DNA from: Isurus oxyrinchus
Taxonomy: Eukaryota
Assembly (NCBI GenBank): GCA_026770705.1
Contig: JANJGN010000041.1
Coordinates: 4,712,001 to 4,776,000 of the forward strand
DNA: 64,000 bases
Direction: 5' to 3'
Shown here one piece after another: positions 38,701 to 50,589 of the stretch. Below the pieces are notes generated by a model. It saw only the letters and a list, made by a program, of their open reading frames with translations, did no database searches and was not told the origin of the DNA. Both the position numbers and the translations under genes were made by a program. Each line of letters begins with the position of its first letter. The stretch's first letter is position 1.

Positions 38701-41700
38701 CAGTATTGTAAACGTTTAGAGAGACTGTTACGTAGGTTCCAGTGCCAAGGGCCAGTCATAATATTAATTATTTGCCGAAACAGTCACCCAGGTGACAGAG
38801 CCATGTCCACTCAGTATACGATTTGATTGGGCAGACTGTCAATCAGGTAACAGAGGCAGTGGGACGGTCACTATTGGAATCGTATAAGGATAACCTCACT
38901 CAGGTTAAAGGGCCTTGGGTCTTTGAGGATCGTAAATGATTGGGGAGACTGCAAGCCAATTTACAGAACCAGCCTCTTATCAGTGCAGTAATTGATACTG
39001 CCACTCAGTTTACAAAGCAGGGGCCTGTCAGTATAGAAAATGACAGGGGAGCCTGGAACCAGTCAGGATAGTGATCTACTGGGGAGACAGTCTCTCAGGT
39101 TCTCGATCCAGGGGCCTGTCAGTGCAGCAAATGACTTTGGGTATTTTCTTACAGCTTACAGAGCTGGGCCCTGTCAGACAGAGCTGGGCCCTGTCAGAGG
39201 ACTAAGTGATTGTTGAAACTGTCACTCAGTCTAGTGAGGCAGGGGCCAGTTTGTATATTATTTAACTGGGGAGACTGTGACTCAGTTTAAGGAGCCAGTG
39301 TCAGTCCGTAGAGTATTTTATCATTGAGACAGTCTCACACGTTACAGGACTTTGCCCTGTCAATATACTAATTTTTGCTGTCACTCAGGGTACAGAGCCA
39401 GGGGTCATTCATGATAGAAATTGATGGGGATACTTTCACTCTTGTAACAGAACCAGGGGCCTGTCTGTAGAAGAATTTATTGTGGAGTTTTTAACATTCG
39501 CTAAGGTTAGAGACCTAGTGGACGTCACGAAAGTAATAGAGGGGATAGATTGTTGGCATGTTCACAAAGCCAGGGGACTGTCACTATCATTATAATGATG
39601 GGACACTGACTATTTACAAAGCCGGTTTCCTCTCACTACTGTAATATACTGGGGTGACTGACCATATGTTTACAGAGCCTGCAGCATGTCACTCTAATAA
39701 TAGACTCGGCAAATTGTCAGTATGTTGACAGATCTGAGGCCCTGTCACTATAGCAATAGCTTGGGGACCCTCTCAGTGTCTTTACAGAACCAGGGGCTTT
39801 ACACGATTGTAAAGCATGGATAGCCTGTCAGTGTGTTAACAAAGCCAGTGACCTGTCACTCTCGTATTAGAGTTGTTAGAATGTCAGTTTGCTGACAGAG
39901 CCTGAGGCCTGTCACTATCATATCCGCGTGGTAGTCTGTCATTATGTTTACAGAGCCAGGGACCAGTCACTGTTGGAACAGATTGTGTAGACTGATAGTA
40001 TATTTCCATAGTTGAGAGCCTCTCATAATGTTGATTATGGGGTGACTGTCAGTATGTTAACAGGTGGGAGGCCTGCACCAAAGTAATCCAATGCGGACAC
40101 TTTTAGTATCTTTACAAAGCCAGGGGACAGTCATAATGTCATTAGACTGGGAAGCCTCTCTGTATGCTTAAAGAGCTGTGGGCTTGACAATATTGTAAGA
40201 GAGAGGACAGACTTTCACTATTTTTACAGAACCCGTGTTCTGTCACTCTAGTAATACCTTGGTAGAGAATGTCTGTATGTTTACAGAGACAGTGGCCCGT
40301 CACATTTGCAATAGAGCAGGGAGAATGTCAGTGTGTTAACAGGCCCGGAGGCCTTTCACTGTTGTAATACAATGGACTGACTATCAGTATGGTTACAGAG
40401 CACGAAGCCTCTTAATATCCTTACATTCTGAGGTGACTACCAATATGCTTACAGACCTGTGGACGTGTCAGTTGGGCTGTAGCGACGGGAGGCTGTCAGT
40501 GTTTTTACAGAGCAAGAAGCCTCTCACTGTGCCAATAGGCTTGCATGACTGTCACTAAGTTTACAGAGCCACTGGCCTGTCATAAGCATAGTTTACGGAG
40601 ACTGACAGTATGTTGACAGAGCCGGTGTCTGTGAAGATATTGATGGAGTGGGTAAAATGTCAGGCGCCCTCTCTTATTGTAATAATATTACAATTAAGTC
40701 AGTATGTGAACAGAATGGGGACCTGGCAATATAGTAATAGTTTGTGGGCACTGTGTTTATGTCTAAGTAGCTGGGCGCCTGTCAATATTGCAATAGAATG
40801 TCATTGCTTTCAGTATTTTAATAGAGTCAGGGTTCTGTCACTATAATTTGGAATTGGGGGGTGGGGGGGGGGGGGGGTGGTGGGGGGGTGGGGGGATGGG
40901 GGGTGCTGAGAGAGTTTCTCCAATGACTCGACCATCTGATATACTAAAAGTGGGAATACCTTGAGTTGCTTTAAGGAGTGGGGTGACTGTCAGAATTTTT
41001 AAAGATCTGAGGCCCTATTACAAGAATTAATGTGTGGGGAGGCTGTCTGTATTGTGGCAGAGCCAGGGGTCTATTGGTAATTTAGTAGTGAGGGGAGATT
41101 GTCAGTATGTTTCTAGTGCTGGTGACTAATCACTATTGTAAAGAATGGATAGCCTGTCAGAATGTAAAGAAGCAGGGGACCTTTCACAATAACTTAAGTG
41201 TGTATAGACTGTGAACATGTTTACAGAGCTGGAGGCCTGCCATTCTAGCATTCGAGTGTAAAGACTGTGAACATGTTGACAGAGTCTGGGGACTTCACTA
41301 TAGTATTAGCGTGTGCTCATTGTCAGCATGTTTACAGAGGCGACAACGTCTCACTATAGGAGTACAGTGGTATTCTGTCTGTATATTAACAGAACTGGCG
41401 TCCTGTCACTATAATAATAGAGTAGGGACATTGTCAGTATGTTGACAGAGCCGGGAGCCTGTCACTATAATATCTGAGTGCATAGACTGTCTGCATGTTG
41501 AGTTTGTCAGGGGTCTGCCACTAGAGTAATAGAGTGAGGAGACTGTATGTTTAACGAAATGGAGGTCTGTCAATGTAGTAATGGAAAGGCTAGCCTCCCA
41601 ATATTTTGACAGAACCGGCGTCCTTTCTCCATTGTAATAGAATGCGGAGACGTTCAGTGGATTTCGAAGGCCGTGGCCTATCAGTATAATGATGTTGTGC

Positions 41701-43200
41701 AGACTTTCTGTTTGTTTACAGAATCAGGGCCTCTTTTTAAAGTATTAGATTGGGGTGACTGAGGGCATATTTAGACAGCCGGGGCCTGCCTTTCCGTTAA
41801 TGGAGTGGGGAAACTTGCAGTAAGCTTAGAGAGCCAGAGGGTGTGAATGTAATTGTGAACGTAATTGTCGAGAACAGAGATTGTCTCTGTACTCACAGAG
41901 CCGGGAGAATGTCACTAATAGTTTGGACTGAGGATAGTATCAATATTTTTACAGAACCTGGGGACTGTCAAAATAGTAATAGACTGGGGAATCTCTCACT
42001 TTGTTTACAAGGTGGGGGCTGTCACCATAATAGTAGAGTGAGGAGTCTGAACGTTTACAGAGCCAAGGGCCTCTTACTGTGGTAAAAGAGTGGAAACACT
42101 GTCAATATGTTTAAACAACAGGGGGGCTCGCAGTATAATTATAGGCTGGGTAACTGTCAGTATGTTTACAGTGCCAATGGCTTGTTACTAGACTAATAAA
42201 GTGAGGTGACTGTCTGACTTTTTACAGAGCTTTGAGCGTGTCAATACATTAGTAGAATGAGGAGAAAGTTGGTATGTTTATAGAGCCCGAGGCCTGTCAA
42301 TATCGTACTAGTGTAAAGAAACTGTCCATATGTTCACAGAGCCTGGGAGCTGTCACTCTTGTAATAATCTGCAGAGTGAGTCGGTATTTTTATAGAGCAG
42401 AAGGCCTGTCAATTAGCTTGTAGCGTGGAGAAAATGCCATGATATATAGAGAGGTGGGGACTTGTCACTGTTGTAATAAATTGTGGATATTCTCAGTATG
42501 TGCACAGACCGTGGGAACTCTCAACATATTTTTAGACTGTCAGTATGCTTATCGAGCTGGGGACAGTCACTACAGTAATATAAATCTAAAATGTTATTGT
42601 TTTACAGAACTAGGGTCCTCTCACGATAGTAATAGGGTGGGGTGTCTTCAGGATGTTTACAGAGCCGGGGTCTGTAAATATTGTAATTTAGTTTGCAGGC
42701 TGTTAGTACATTTACAGGTGGGCAGCCGGTCACAACAGTAAAATAGTGTAGAGTCTGTCAGCACCTTTACAGAACGGATTTTGCCCCGATAGTGCTAGAA
42801 TGGGAGATTGCCATCATGTTTACAGAGGCCGGGACCCTCTCAACATAGTAATAGAGTATGCAGAGTGTCAACTTGATTACAGAGTCTGGGGCCAGTAACT
42901 ATCGTAATAGAGCGGGTAGGCTGCCTGTATGGAGGTCTATCAATTTAATAATTTAAAGGCTATCCTCCCATTATTTTGACAGATCTGGCGTCCTTTCTCT
43001 ATTTTAATAGAATGTGGAGACGTTCAGTGGATTTCGAAGGCCGTGCCCTATCACTGTAATAATGGTGTGCAAACTGTCTGTTTGCTTACAGAGCTTTGTG
43101 CGTGTTACTACATTAGTAGAATGAGGAGAAAGTTGGTATGATTATAGAGCCTGGGGCCTGTGACTATCGTATTAGAGTGAGTCTGCCATTATAGTAATAG

Positions 43201-43445
43201 TAAAACAAAAACAGAATTACCTGGAAAAACTCAGTAGGTCTGGCAGCATCGGCGGAGGAGAAAAGAGTTGACGTTTCGAGTCCTCATGACCCTTCGACAG
43301 AACTTGGAAGTTCTGTCGAAGGGTCATGAGGACTCGAAACGTCAACTCTTTTCTCCTCCGCCGATGCTGCCAGACCTACTGAGTTTTTCCAGGTAATTCT
43401 GTTTTTGTTTTAGATTTCCAGCATCCGCAGTTTTCTTTGTTTTCA
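43201..43445. mobile_element. Mini fold-back PLE: perfect 105-bp inverted arms + ~33-nt tail
   Basis: 43201-43305 is the exact reverse complement of 43308-43412 (spacer GG). Tail 43413-43445. Exact TSD ATTATAGTAATAGT (43188-43201, 43446-43459). Confidence 0.95.
43309..43347 (+). ncRNA. Minimal type I hammerhead ribozyme-like motif (mirror copy on - at 43266-43304)
   Basis: Stem I AGTT/AACT; core CTGTCGA + extra A; stem II GGGTC/GACTC with ATGAG loop; GAAA; palindromic ACGT helix III; GTC cleavage triplet ending at 43343. The core differs from CUGANGA at position 6 (A>U). Confidence 0.72.
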
Positions 43446-43767
43446 ATTATAGTAATAGTGTTGGTTGACTGGCAGCACGATTACACAATAGGAACAGATT
43501 GGTTAGACTGTCAGCATCTTTACAGAGTTGGGGTTCTGGAACTGTTCTAGTAGAGTGGATAGAATGTCGCTATGTTTAACAGAGCCAGTGGCCTGTCACT
43601 AAAGTAACAGAGTGTGGATACTGTCTCTACGTTTTAAGAACTGGGTGCCTGCCAAGTACCTAATGGCGAGGGGAGACTGTCGCTATGTTAACAGAGACGG
43701 GGGCCTATTAGTATAGTTATGGGGTCGGGAGACTGTCAATGTGTTTACAGATCCGGGCCTGTCACTA

Positions 43768-44120
43768 GGGTGGTGCGAGTAATCCAGGGACTCAAATAAT
43801 TATCTGGGAATCCCTGTTCGAATACCAGCAGGCTGCTGGTCAAATTCAAATTTAGCAAAGTTCTAGAATAAAAAATAATCATTACAATGTCTAAAGATAA
43901 CCATAAAATCTTTGCCAATTGTACTATACGGCCATGTGTTTCACTAATGCCCTTCAGGGAACGAACTGCTGCTCTAACCTGGTCTTGTCACGATTTGACA
44001 CAAGACCAACAGCGAGATGGTGGATTCTTAAATACTCTCTGTACAACGGCAATTTGGGATGTCCAATGTACTAACCCAGCCAGCAACGCCCACATACGAT
44101 GAACGAATTTAAGAAAAAAA
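43768..44120 (+). mobile_element. HE1-like tRNA-derived SINE inserted in the satellite
   Basis: 5' AGTAATCCAG...GTTCGAATACC (B-box-like). The 3' tail CCAGCCAGCAACGCCCACATACGATGAACGAAT+A-run resembles the LINE tail at ~52580-52625. Confidence 0.75.
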
Positions 44121-45855
44121 GTAGCATAGTGGGGTTGATGTAATATTTAGAGAGCTGTGAATGCGTCTCCATATTGATAGATGTGTTAGACTGTAAGTAT
44201 TTTACATGGCCAGGCGCTGGTCACCATAGCAATAGACTGTCAGAATTTTACAGGGTCAAGTGCCTGTTACTATAGTAATTAAGTAGGTAGACTGTCAATG
44301 GTTTAAAGGACCATGATCCCATTACTATAGTAATTGAGTGTGATTATTTTACAGGATCAGGAGCCTATGCCTATATTACTTGAGTGGTTAGACCGTCAAA
44401 ATTTTAAAGGACCAGGGGCCTGTCACTATAGTAATTGAATTGGTAGACTGACAGTATTTTAGAGCACCAGGCACCTATTACTAGAGTAATAGCTTGGGTA
44501 AGCTGTGAGGATTGTACAGGGCCTGGCGCCTGTTACTATATTAATTCAATGGGGCGACTGTCAGTATTTTACAGGACCAAAGGCCTGTCACTGTAGAAAT
44601 TGAGTGGGTAGACTATCAATATTTTACAGGGCCAGGCACCTGTCACTCGAGTAATAGATTGGGGAGGCTGTCAGCATTTAAGAGAATCAGGCTGCTAGCA
44701 CTAGAGTAATTGAACAATCCGATGGTCACTATTTTACAGGACCAGGCGTTTGTCACAAGAGTAATAGAGAGGCTAGACTGTCAGTATGTTACAGGGTGAT
44801 GCGCCTGTCACTATATGAATTAACGGGGATGTCTCTCAGTCTTTTCCAGGGCCAGGCACATGTTACTATAGTAATTGAATGTGTAGAATGTCATTATTTT
44901 CATTTCCGAATTCCTAAGGATATCACAGCCGGCCCGAAAATTTAGTGAGTGGAGTCGGGGTCGGGCGTGGTTGTTTCTGGTTTGAAGGTGATGACGCAGA
45001 ATGAAGTGCGAAAGCAGTTCACTTTAACCGTGTGTGCGGGAACGTGAGTTTGGATAACTTGTCAGTGGAATTGAAGGCGAATGTTTGTTTACTCAGTATT
45101 CGTTACCCTGGGGAGGAGTGTCTCTGTGTTGAATTCTATTCCTGTCAGTAATTTCCTGATAGTGTGAACAAAATTGGCCGCAATCTGAGCCTGGCGATTG
45201 CATTATTGTTGTGGAGGGATTTTGCTCTATCAGCCTGCTTCCGTTACTGTAAACAAGTGCTGGTTTCATTCGCTATCTGCCATTTTCTAAAAAGTGTAAG
45301 TGAGTGTAGCATTCCTTCAGCATTGTTCACAATCTTGATGCAGTAATCGAGTGCGACAGTGATTCCTAATCAGTTCATGGAGCCCTTTGTGTATGTGTGT
45401 GCAACTGTCAGTGTGTGATTAGCTTTTTATCATTCAGTACAATTCGATATGTGCACGGGGTGTCATTCTGATTCTGAATGCCTGTGGTTTTGCGTGCGTG
45501 TTGTTTTCTCTCTGCATCAATTATTCTCTGAAGCCATGCAAGGAATGTGACAGGGAGTTTCGCTAAAATAGTTTTTGAATTTCAGATTCGCTTTGCATAT
45601 TTCATTGAGCATTGGAGTTTCATTCTGTGTCGGTGCTTGATATTTATTCTATGTCACTCCATTGTAACCTTTGTCTGCGATATGCTTATGTCAGGGTCGG
45701 GTCATAGGAACATTTCATTACGTTGTGTTCTGTGCATGCATGAGGTTCAACTTGTACTTGTCAGTGTTAGATGTGTAATTTTTGGCATCGACTCTGCGCC
45801 TGTCAAACGTGGACATGAGAATGAGAAATTAATTTTGTATCCCACAATAACTTAC

Positions 45856-46215
45856 CTCTGGCCTGGGATTTAGTGATGATCCGAGGACGAGGTTGCTTGT
45901 GATATCAGCAAACGCCACTTGATGCACAATGGAGCTGCCATACAGGAGCTGCTAGTAACTGACTGGCCGGCAGCTCTCGATGGGCTGGGCTTCCACCGCT
46001 GCAATCTATTGAACATGGCGAACCTCCGACGTAATCAATTGAAGTGCCTGAGCGGCTCTTAATGCAGCGGGACTTCCCTCAAGGAGATGACACAGGACGT
46101 ACACCTGCTCTCCAGTTAACAGCTTGGACCTCCATCGTCTCCATTAAGTACTTCCCAGCGTATGGGAAAGGGGGTCATGGGCATAGGGAATCATTGAGGG
46201 GGCTTTGTAAGGGGT
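45856..46215 (-). pseudogene. Candidate Ig C-type exon of a dead IgSF gene
   Basis: Minus-strand acceptor CTCTGTCCTCTGTGCTCTTCTCCAG| and donor AG|GTAAGT bound a 360-bp exon compatible with phase 1-1. Frame pieces: KAPSMIPYA, EQVYVLCHLLEGSP, LYGSSIVHQV. Stops and frameshifts present. Confidence 0.45.
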
Positions 46216-47596
46216 CTGGAGAAGAGCACAGAGGACAGAGATTGTGGAAGATATTGAAGTATTGCGACAGGTGCTTACGAGCTTGGAATAGAATCAAAGG
46301 GATGAGAAGAAGGTTTAGGGTATGTCGCTGAGCGGAATGGAGGAGTCTCAGGAGATGTGGAATAAATTCAGTGAGGGGAGGAGTTGCAGTGTGTGGGGAG
46401 GTGGGATTACCGGAGGGGGGAGGGGTGTTTCACTGAGTCGGGAGGGGGGGGTGTAGGGGTGGGGAAATGGTTGACGAAACATTTCAGTAATTGAAGAGTA
46501 TGGTCAGGGTGAGAGGAGTTGTTAAACTTCGTTGTAAGGTGAGCACAATTTGCGTTTGAAACGTGGTTGTTTTTAAGCAAACTCCTTTGCATGCAAGGTG
46601 ATAATAAATCGCCCAGTTGTGCCTGTCTCCCTTTGTTAAGGGGTTTCTCAGTCTTTCATGCACGTCTTGGTCTCAATATCTCTCTCCCCCACTCTCTCTT
46701 TATCTCTCTCTCTCTATCTTTGTCTCAAACACCGCTCCTTGTACTTCTCATTGACTATCGATCTCATTCTGTTTTTATGGTTCCCAACTCTGATGGGTTC
46801 TTATTTCCATGTGTCATCCATGCCTATTACTAAATATATTTTCTCACGTGTCATGTTGCAGTGAAATATATTCCATCTTCATCATTCCGTTCTCGATGAC
46901 AATGATTGCCGACTGTGTCAAGAATTGGACAGAAAGCCGAAAGTCAGGAAAATATATGTATATTGGAATTTAAAACTGGTGAGACATTCGAGATAAAATT
47001 GATACTGCAGGAGGTTAAAGCTAATTAATAGATCCGTTACTTTCTTCTTAAATGGCAGTGGGCATTAAGGGCTGAATGGCTACTGCTTCATTGAATAATG
47101 ATGCCCATGTGCCTGTGATCTGCTCGGTAAATTATCTGGAGGCTGCATTTTTATTATTATTCTTAACCCTGGCAGTTTGAGAATGCAACTGACACTGCCT
47201 TGTCAACATGCAAATGTACCTTAAGTATTTGAAATTGTTGGAAGAAATTGCTGCTGAACTGCTGACTATATTTTAACATTGGGATCAAATGCGTTGGCGA
47301 AGGGTGCATCAGAACCAGGTTAAATAGCAGGGGAAGTGCAGGTCAAGAGACGACTAAATAATGGAAGGGGCTGAGAGGGAAATTGGTAAGAAAAGACATG
47401 AGCTGAGTAAAGTTCATACGACGAGTACAGTAGGATAATGCAAGTACAGCAATAAATCTGTGAAAGGCGGGCAGGGAAAGGGGTTAATGCAGTGAGGTAT
47501 TTACTGTGTAGTACAGGAAGCAATGTATACCCGGTAGATGAGAATTCTAAGAACCCAGTTGTCATTAACCTATAACTTTAAAAAAAAAACTCAATG

Positions 47597-47680
47597 GAGA
47601 GAGGGAGAGAGAGAGAGCTGGAGAGAGGGAGAGAGAGAGAGAGAGAGACGGAGAGAGAGAGAGAGAGAGAGAGAGGGAGA
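47597..47680 (+). repeat. Imperfect (GA)n microsatellite
   Basis: GAGAGAGGGAGAGAGAGAG... seen directly. Confidence 0.95.
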
Positions 47681-47699
47681 CTCTTTCATTGTTCCCGAG

Positions 47700-49860
47700 C
47701 TTACATTTACCGAATGCACCCTAATTATCCCCATTCCTTCTCTGGTTCCCCTTTGTTAATTTTGTCTTGAGGATATATTCTTAGTCCTTTCATTTATTAC
47801 TTCATCAATTAATTTCGAAGATTTTCTTTGCCTTCCTTCATTGCTATCTTTCCAAACACCGTGATTTTCTTTCATCGTCCTCTCCTTTATTCTCATTGAA
47901 GTTATTGCATGTTCTTGACCTTATTTTCCATTTCTTGGTGTCCTCGCTTTATTCAGCCAGGAACTTTAATTATCAGATCATTTTCAATTGTTTTAATTGA
48001 ATACATTATTCCAGGCACAGAATAATGACGCCTAACTCTGTCTTTCCACTGCTATTCCCTCTTTATATAATGAATAATCTATTCCAATTTAACTGCACAA
48101 GCTGCATTCCCATTACCACAACATCAGCTCTTTACTATCTTTGATTATTTTGGCTTTTCTTTCCCTATATCTTTCATAATGTTTACCAAAATATCTAATT
48201 ATATCCGGATTTATAACGCCACTATTCAATCCTAAAAGGATTTTTCAGACTCGCTTCAGTGATTTTTCAAAATCTAGATCTACGACCACTGCTTTGCTCA
48301 ATTTCGCATCCATGCAGCAAGCATTGCGTCCCATAAAACACGTTTAGTAGTCATTGTAAGTTTCCTCCAAGATTAGTTGGGCTGCAGAATGACTTGCATT
48401 AGTTTAAGGGACTCTCATCCTCCCTTGGCAGACCATCCTTTTTAATCCTGCGATGAAAATTTGTCAGTTTTTATGCCATTAATTTCCCCATTACTGTTAT
48501 TCTGCTTACGTGAAATTTGTTGAACCTTTGTTCATGATTGACTGATGAATTCCTATGCATGCCTGGCATGTTGAGCTCCCCTTTCACTGCAAATACTGAT
48601 GGAATGTAGTTAATCAGCATATTTGCCACCTCCTTATTATCGATCACAATTTTGCCATTATCAGATGTATCTTGCTTAACATTGCGTCTTGCTATCCTTT
48701 TCCTAGAAACATGGGTCATCGGTGGAGAATTATGCCATTTGGCGCTTCGATCGTGCTCCAACATTCAATGGCATCATGACAGGTCATGTGGCTTAACGTT
48801 GTGCTCTCGCGCTCTCCCCTATGTCCCCTCTGACTTTCGTTGCAGGCACATATTTCCTTTATAAGTATGTGGCCTACAGAGCCCACTGTGGTCGAGAATT
48901 CCATATATCCACCGCCCTATGAGTGAATAATTTTGTCCTCATCTCACTCCAAGCGGCTTAGACCGTAACAAGAGATTGTCAATCATTTTTATCGACCCCT
49001 CAGGCGGAGGAAACACCACTAGCACATCCCGTCATGTCCTTCCTCACAGAATGTTATACGTTCCAATGATATCCCCTCTGATTCACCTATATTCCAGTAA
49101 ATACAGGCGGAACCGGCCCAGTTCCTCCTGATTGGCCTATCCTGATAACCAATGAATCATTCAGCTGCATATTCGCTGCACTCCCTCTGTAGAAATACAT
49201 TATTTTTTAGGGATGGAGACCAAAACTGCCCTCAAAACACCAGTTGTGCTCCACCAATTACACAGTAAAGCTTATGCCACTGCCTAAGCCGTCTCAGAAC
49301 GAAGGCCAAAATATTATTTATCTTCTTTATTTCATCCTGCACATCCTATTTTTTAATTCATTGGTTTTCAAACGCTCCCATGTCCTTCTAAAGAGCAACA
49401 ATTTCCAATCTGTCATCATCTTTAAAATGTTTCTAACATTCCACTTTCCCACCAAAGTCTATAATTTAACATTTACCACGTTCGACTGCATCTTGCATTA
49501 ATGTCTCACTCACCTGTCCTTCCTACATCACCTTGAACCTTTTAACGACCTCCTTATCGGTTGCATTCTCACGAAGTTTCCTGCCATCAGCAAATTTGGA
49601 AATATTACATTTGTTTCCCTCATCCAATCCATTGGTATATATTGTGAATGTCTGGGGCCCCAAAACTGATCGCTGTGCTATGCCACTAGGCAGCGTCTGC
49701 CCCTCGGAAACTTACCCGTGTCTTACTATTCTATCTTTTCTGTCTGCTCACCAATACTTAATCCATGCCAATATTTTTCCACCAATGGCATGTGCTTTAA
49801 AATTGCATAGTAAGCTCTTAGTTGGGAGTTTAACAAAAGCTTTCTGAACGTCCTAAAACA
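47700..49860 (-). mobile_element. Old CR1 LINE fragments, antisense
   Basis: Minus ORF 48471..48764 has IVIDNKEVANMLINYIPSVFAVK (CR1 ORF2 linker-like). 49570-49700 is the reverse of an RT GVPxxSVLGP...KFAD segment. A CR1-type 3' end lies near 48710-48900. Confidence 0.65.
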
Positions 49861-50589
49861 GCGCTTCCATTCTTCCCCAATTATCGTAAATGATAGTTAC
49901 ATGTCATTGTAAATGTTTTAAATGGTGATTTTAGTATTAATTGCAAGTTTCTTAAAATATTGTCACTTTGTTATTCTTCCATTCTGCTCTGTCACCATTT
50001 GCCACTCGTTGTATTTTTCCCAAGCTCCAGGATCTCTGATTTATGCATTTATTTACGCTTTAAAAAAAAATCGTTTCATGTTATTCTTGAGTCTTACTGA
50101 TCCATAGATTTTTTTTAGCAAGTAGACGCTTCACACATTGGGTTCTACATTGGAAACTTTAAGCAGTTAAATTATCTTTCGCCAGCCCTAAATGTCATTT
50201 GTCCTTCCCCTTCACGTGTTTTCCCCCATGTTGTTTGTCAGAGAGATAGTTACCGCAGGCACCCTCAAGAATCTTCACAGTTTTCCTACTTATGCTGGTG
50301 AACGTATTATAATCTACCTGAATTGACAATGATGTACCTAAAACAAAGATAACGTTAATAGCTAGAAAACAACTGATATTTATGGAACAGGAATGGGTCT
50401 CAGGAAGGATTATTATGAAAAGAATTGAACAGCAAGAGATAGCATAAAGACATGAATTTTTTTTCAATGGAACAATGGAATTCAGAATAATATTCTGCCT
50501 AAAAGTCAAGATAAATCTGATCGCACTAAATCATGATGTGCAAAAGCCACACCTTTCAGCAGAATTGAATCTAACAAGGAAAGTTTTCC

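Larger units (their letters stand above)
35725..44900 (+). repeat. ~9-kb degenerate satellite, 55-56-bp unit
   Basis: By-eye consensus GACTGTCAGTATGTTTACAGAGCCGGGGCCTGTCACTATAGTAATAGAGTGGGGA. Roughly 150 units. Interrupted by a G-run (40856-40903), a PLE palindrome and a SINE. Confidence 0.93.

Noticed and set aside
43201-43412. DNA-transposon MITE or pre-miRNA
   Set aside because: The arms are the 3' end of the GIY-YIG PLE seen at 32355-34330, with an asymmetric tail. They are not transposase TIRs, and the hairpin is too long and perfect for a typical pre-miRNA.
35725-44900. CRISPR array
   Set aside because: The whole unit is repeated and degenerate, with no constant repeat/unique spacer pattern, no cas genes and a vertebrate context.
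35725-44900. Ig class-switch region
   Set aside because: Unit size and G-run asymmetry are reminiscent, but AGCT is not part of the consensus, no IgH constant exons are visible, and the neighbouring IgSF-like pseudogene would transcribe the C-rich strand.
45107-45246. Further minus-strand exon of the IgSF-like pseudogene (…HYQEI…)
   Set aside because: The splice-like ends are weak, the open frame does not follow the phase-1 C-like exon, and no transmembrane exon is visible in between.
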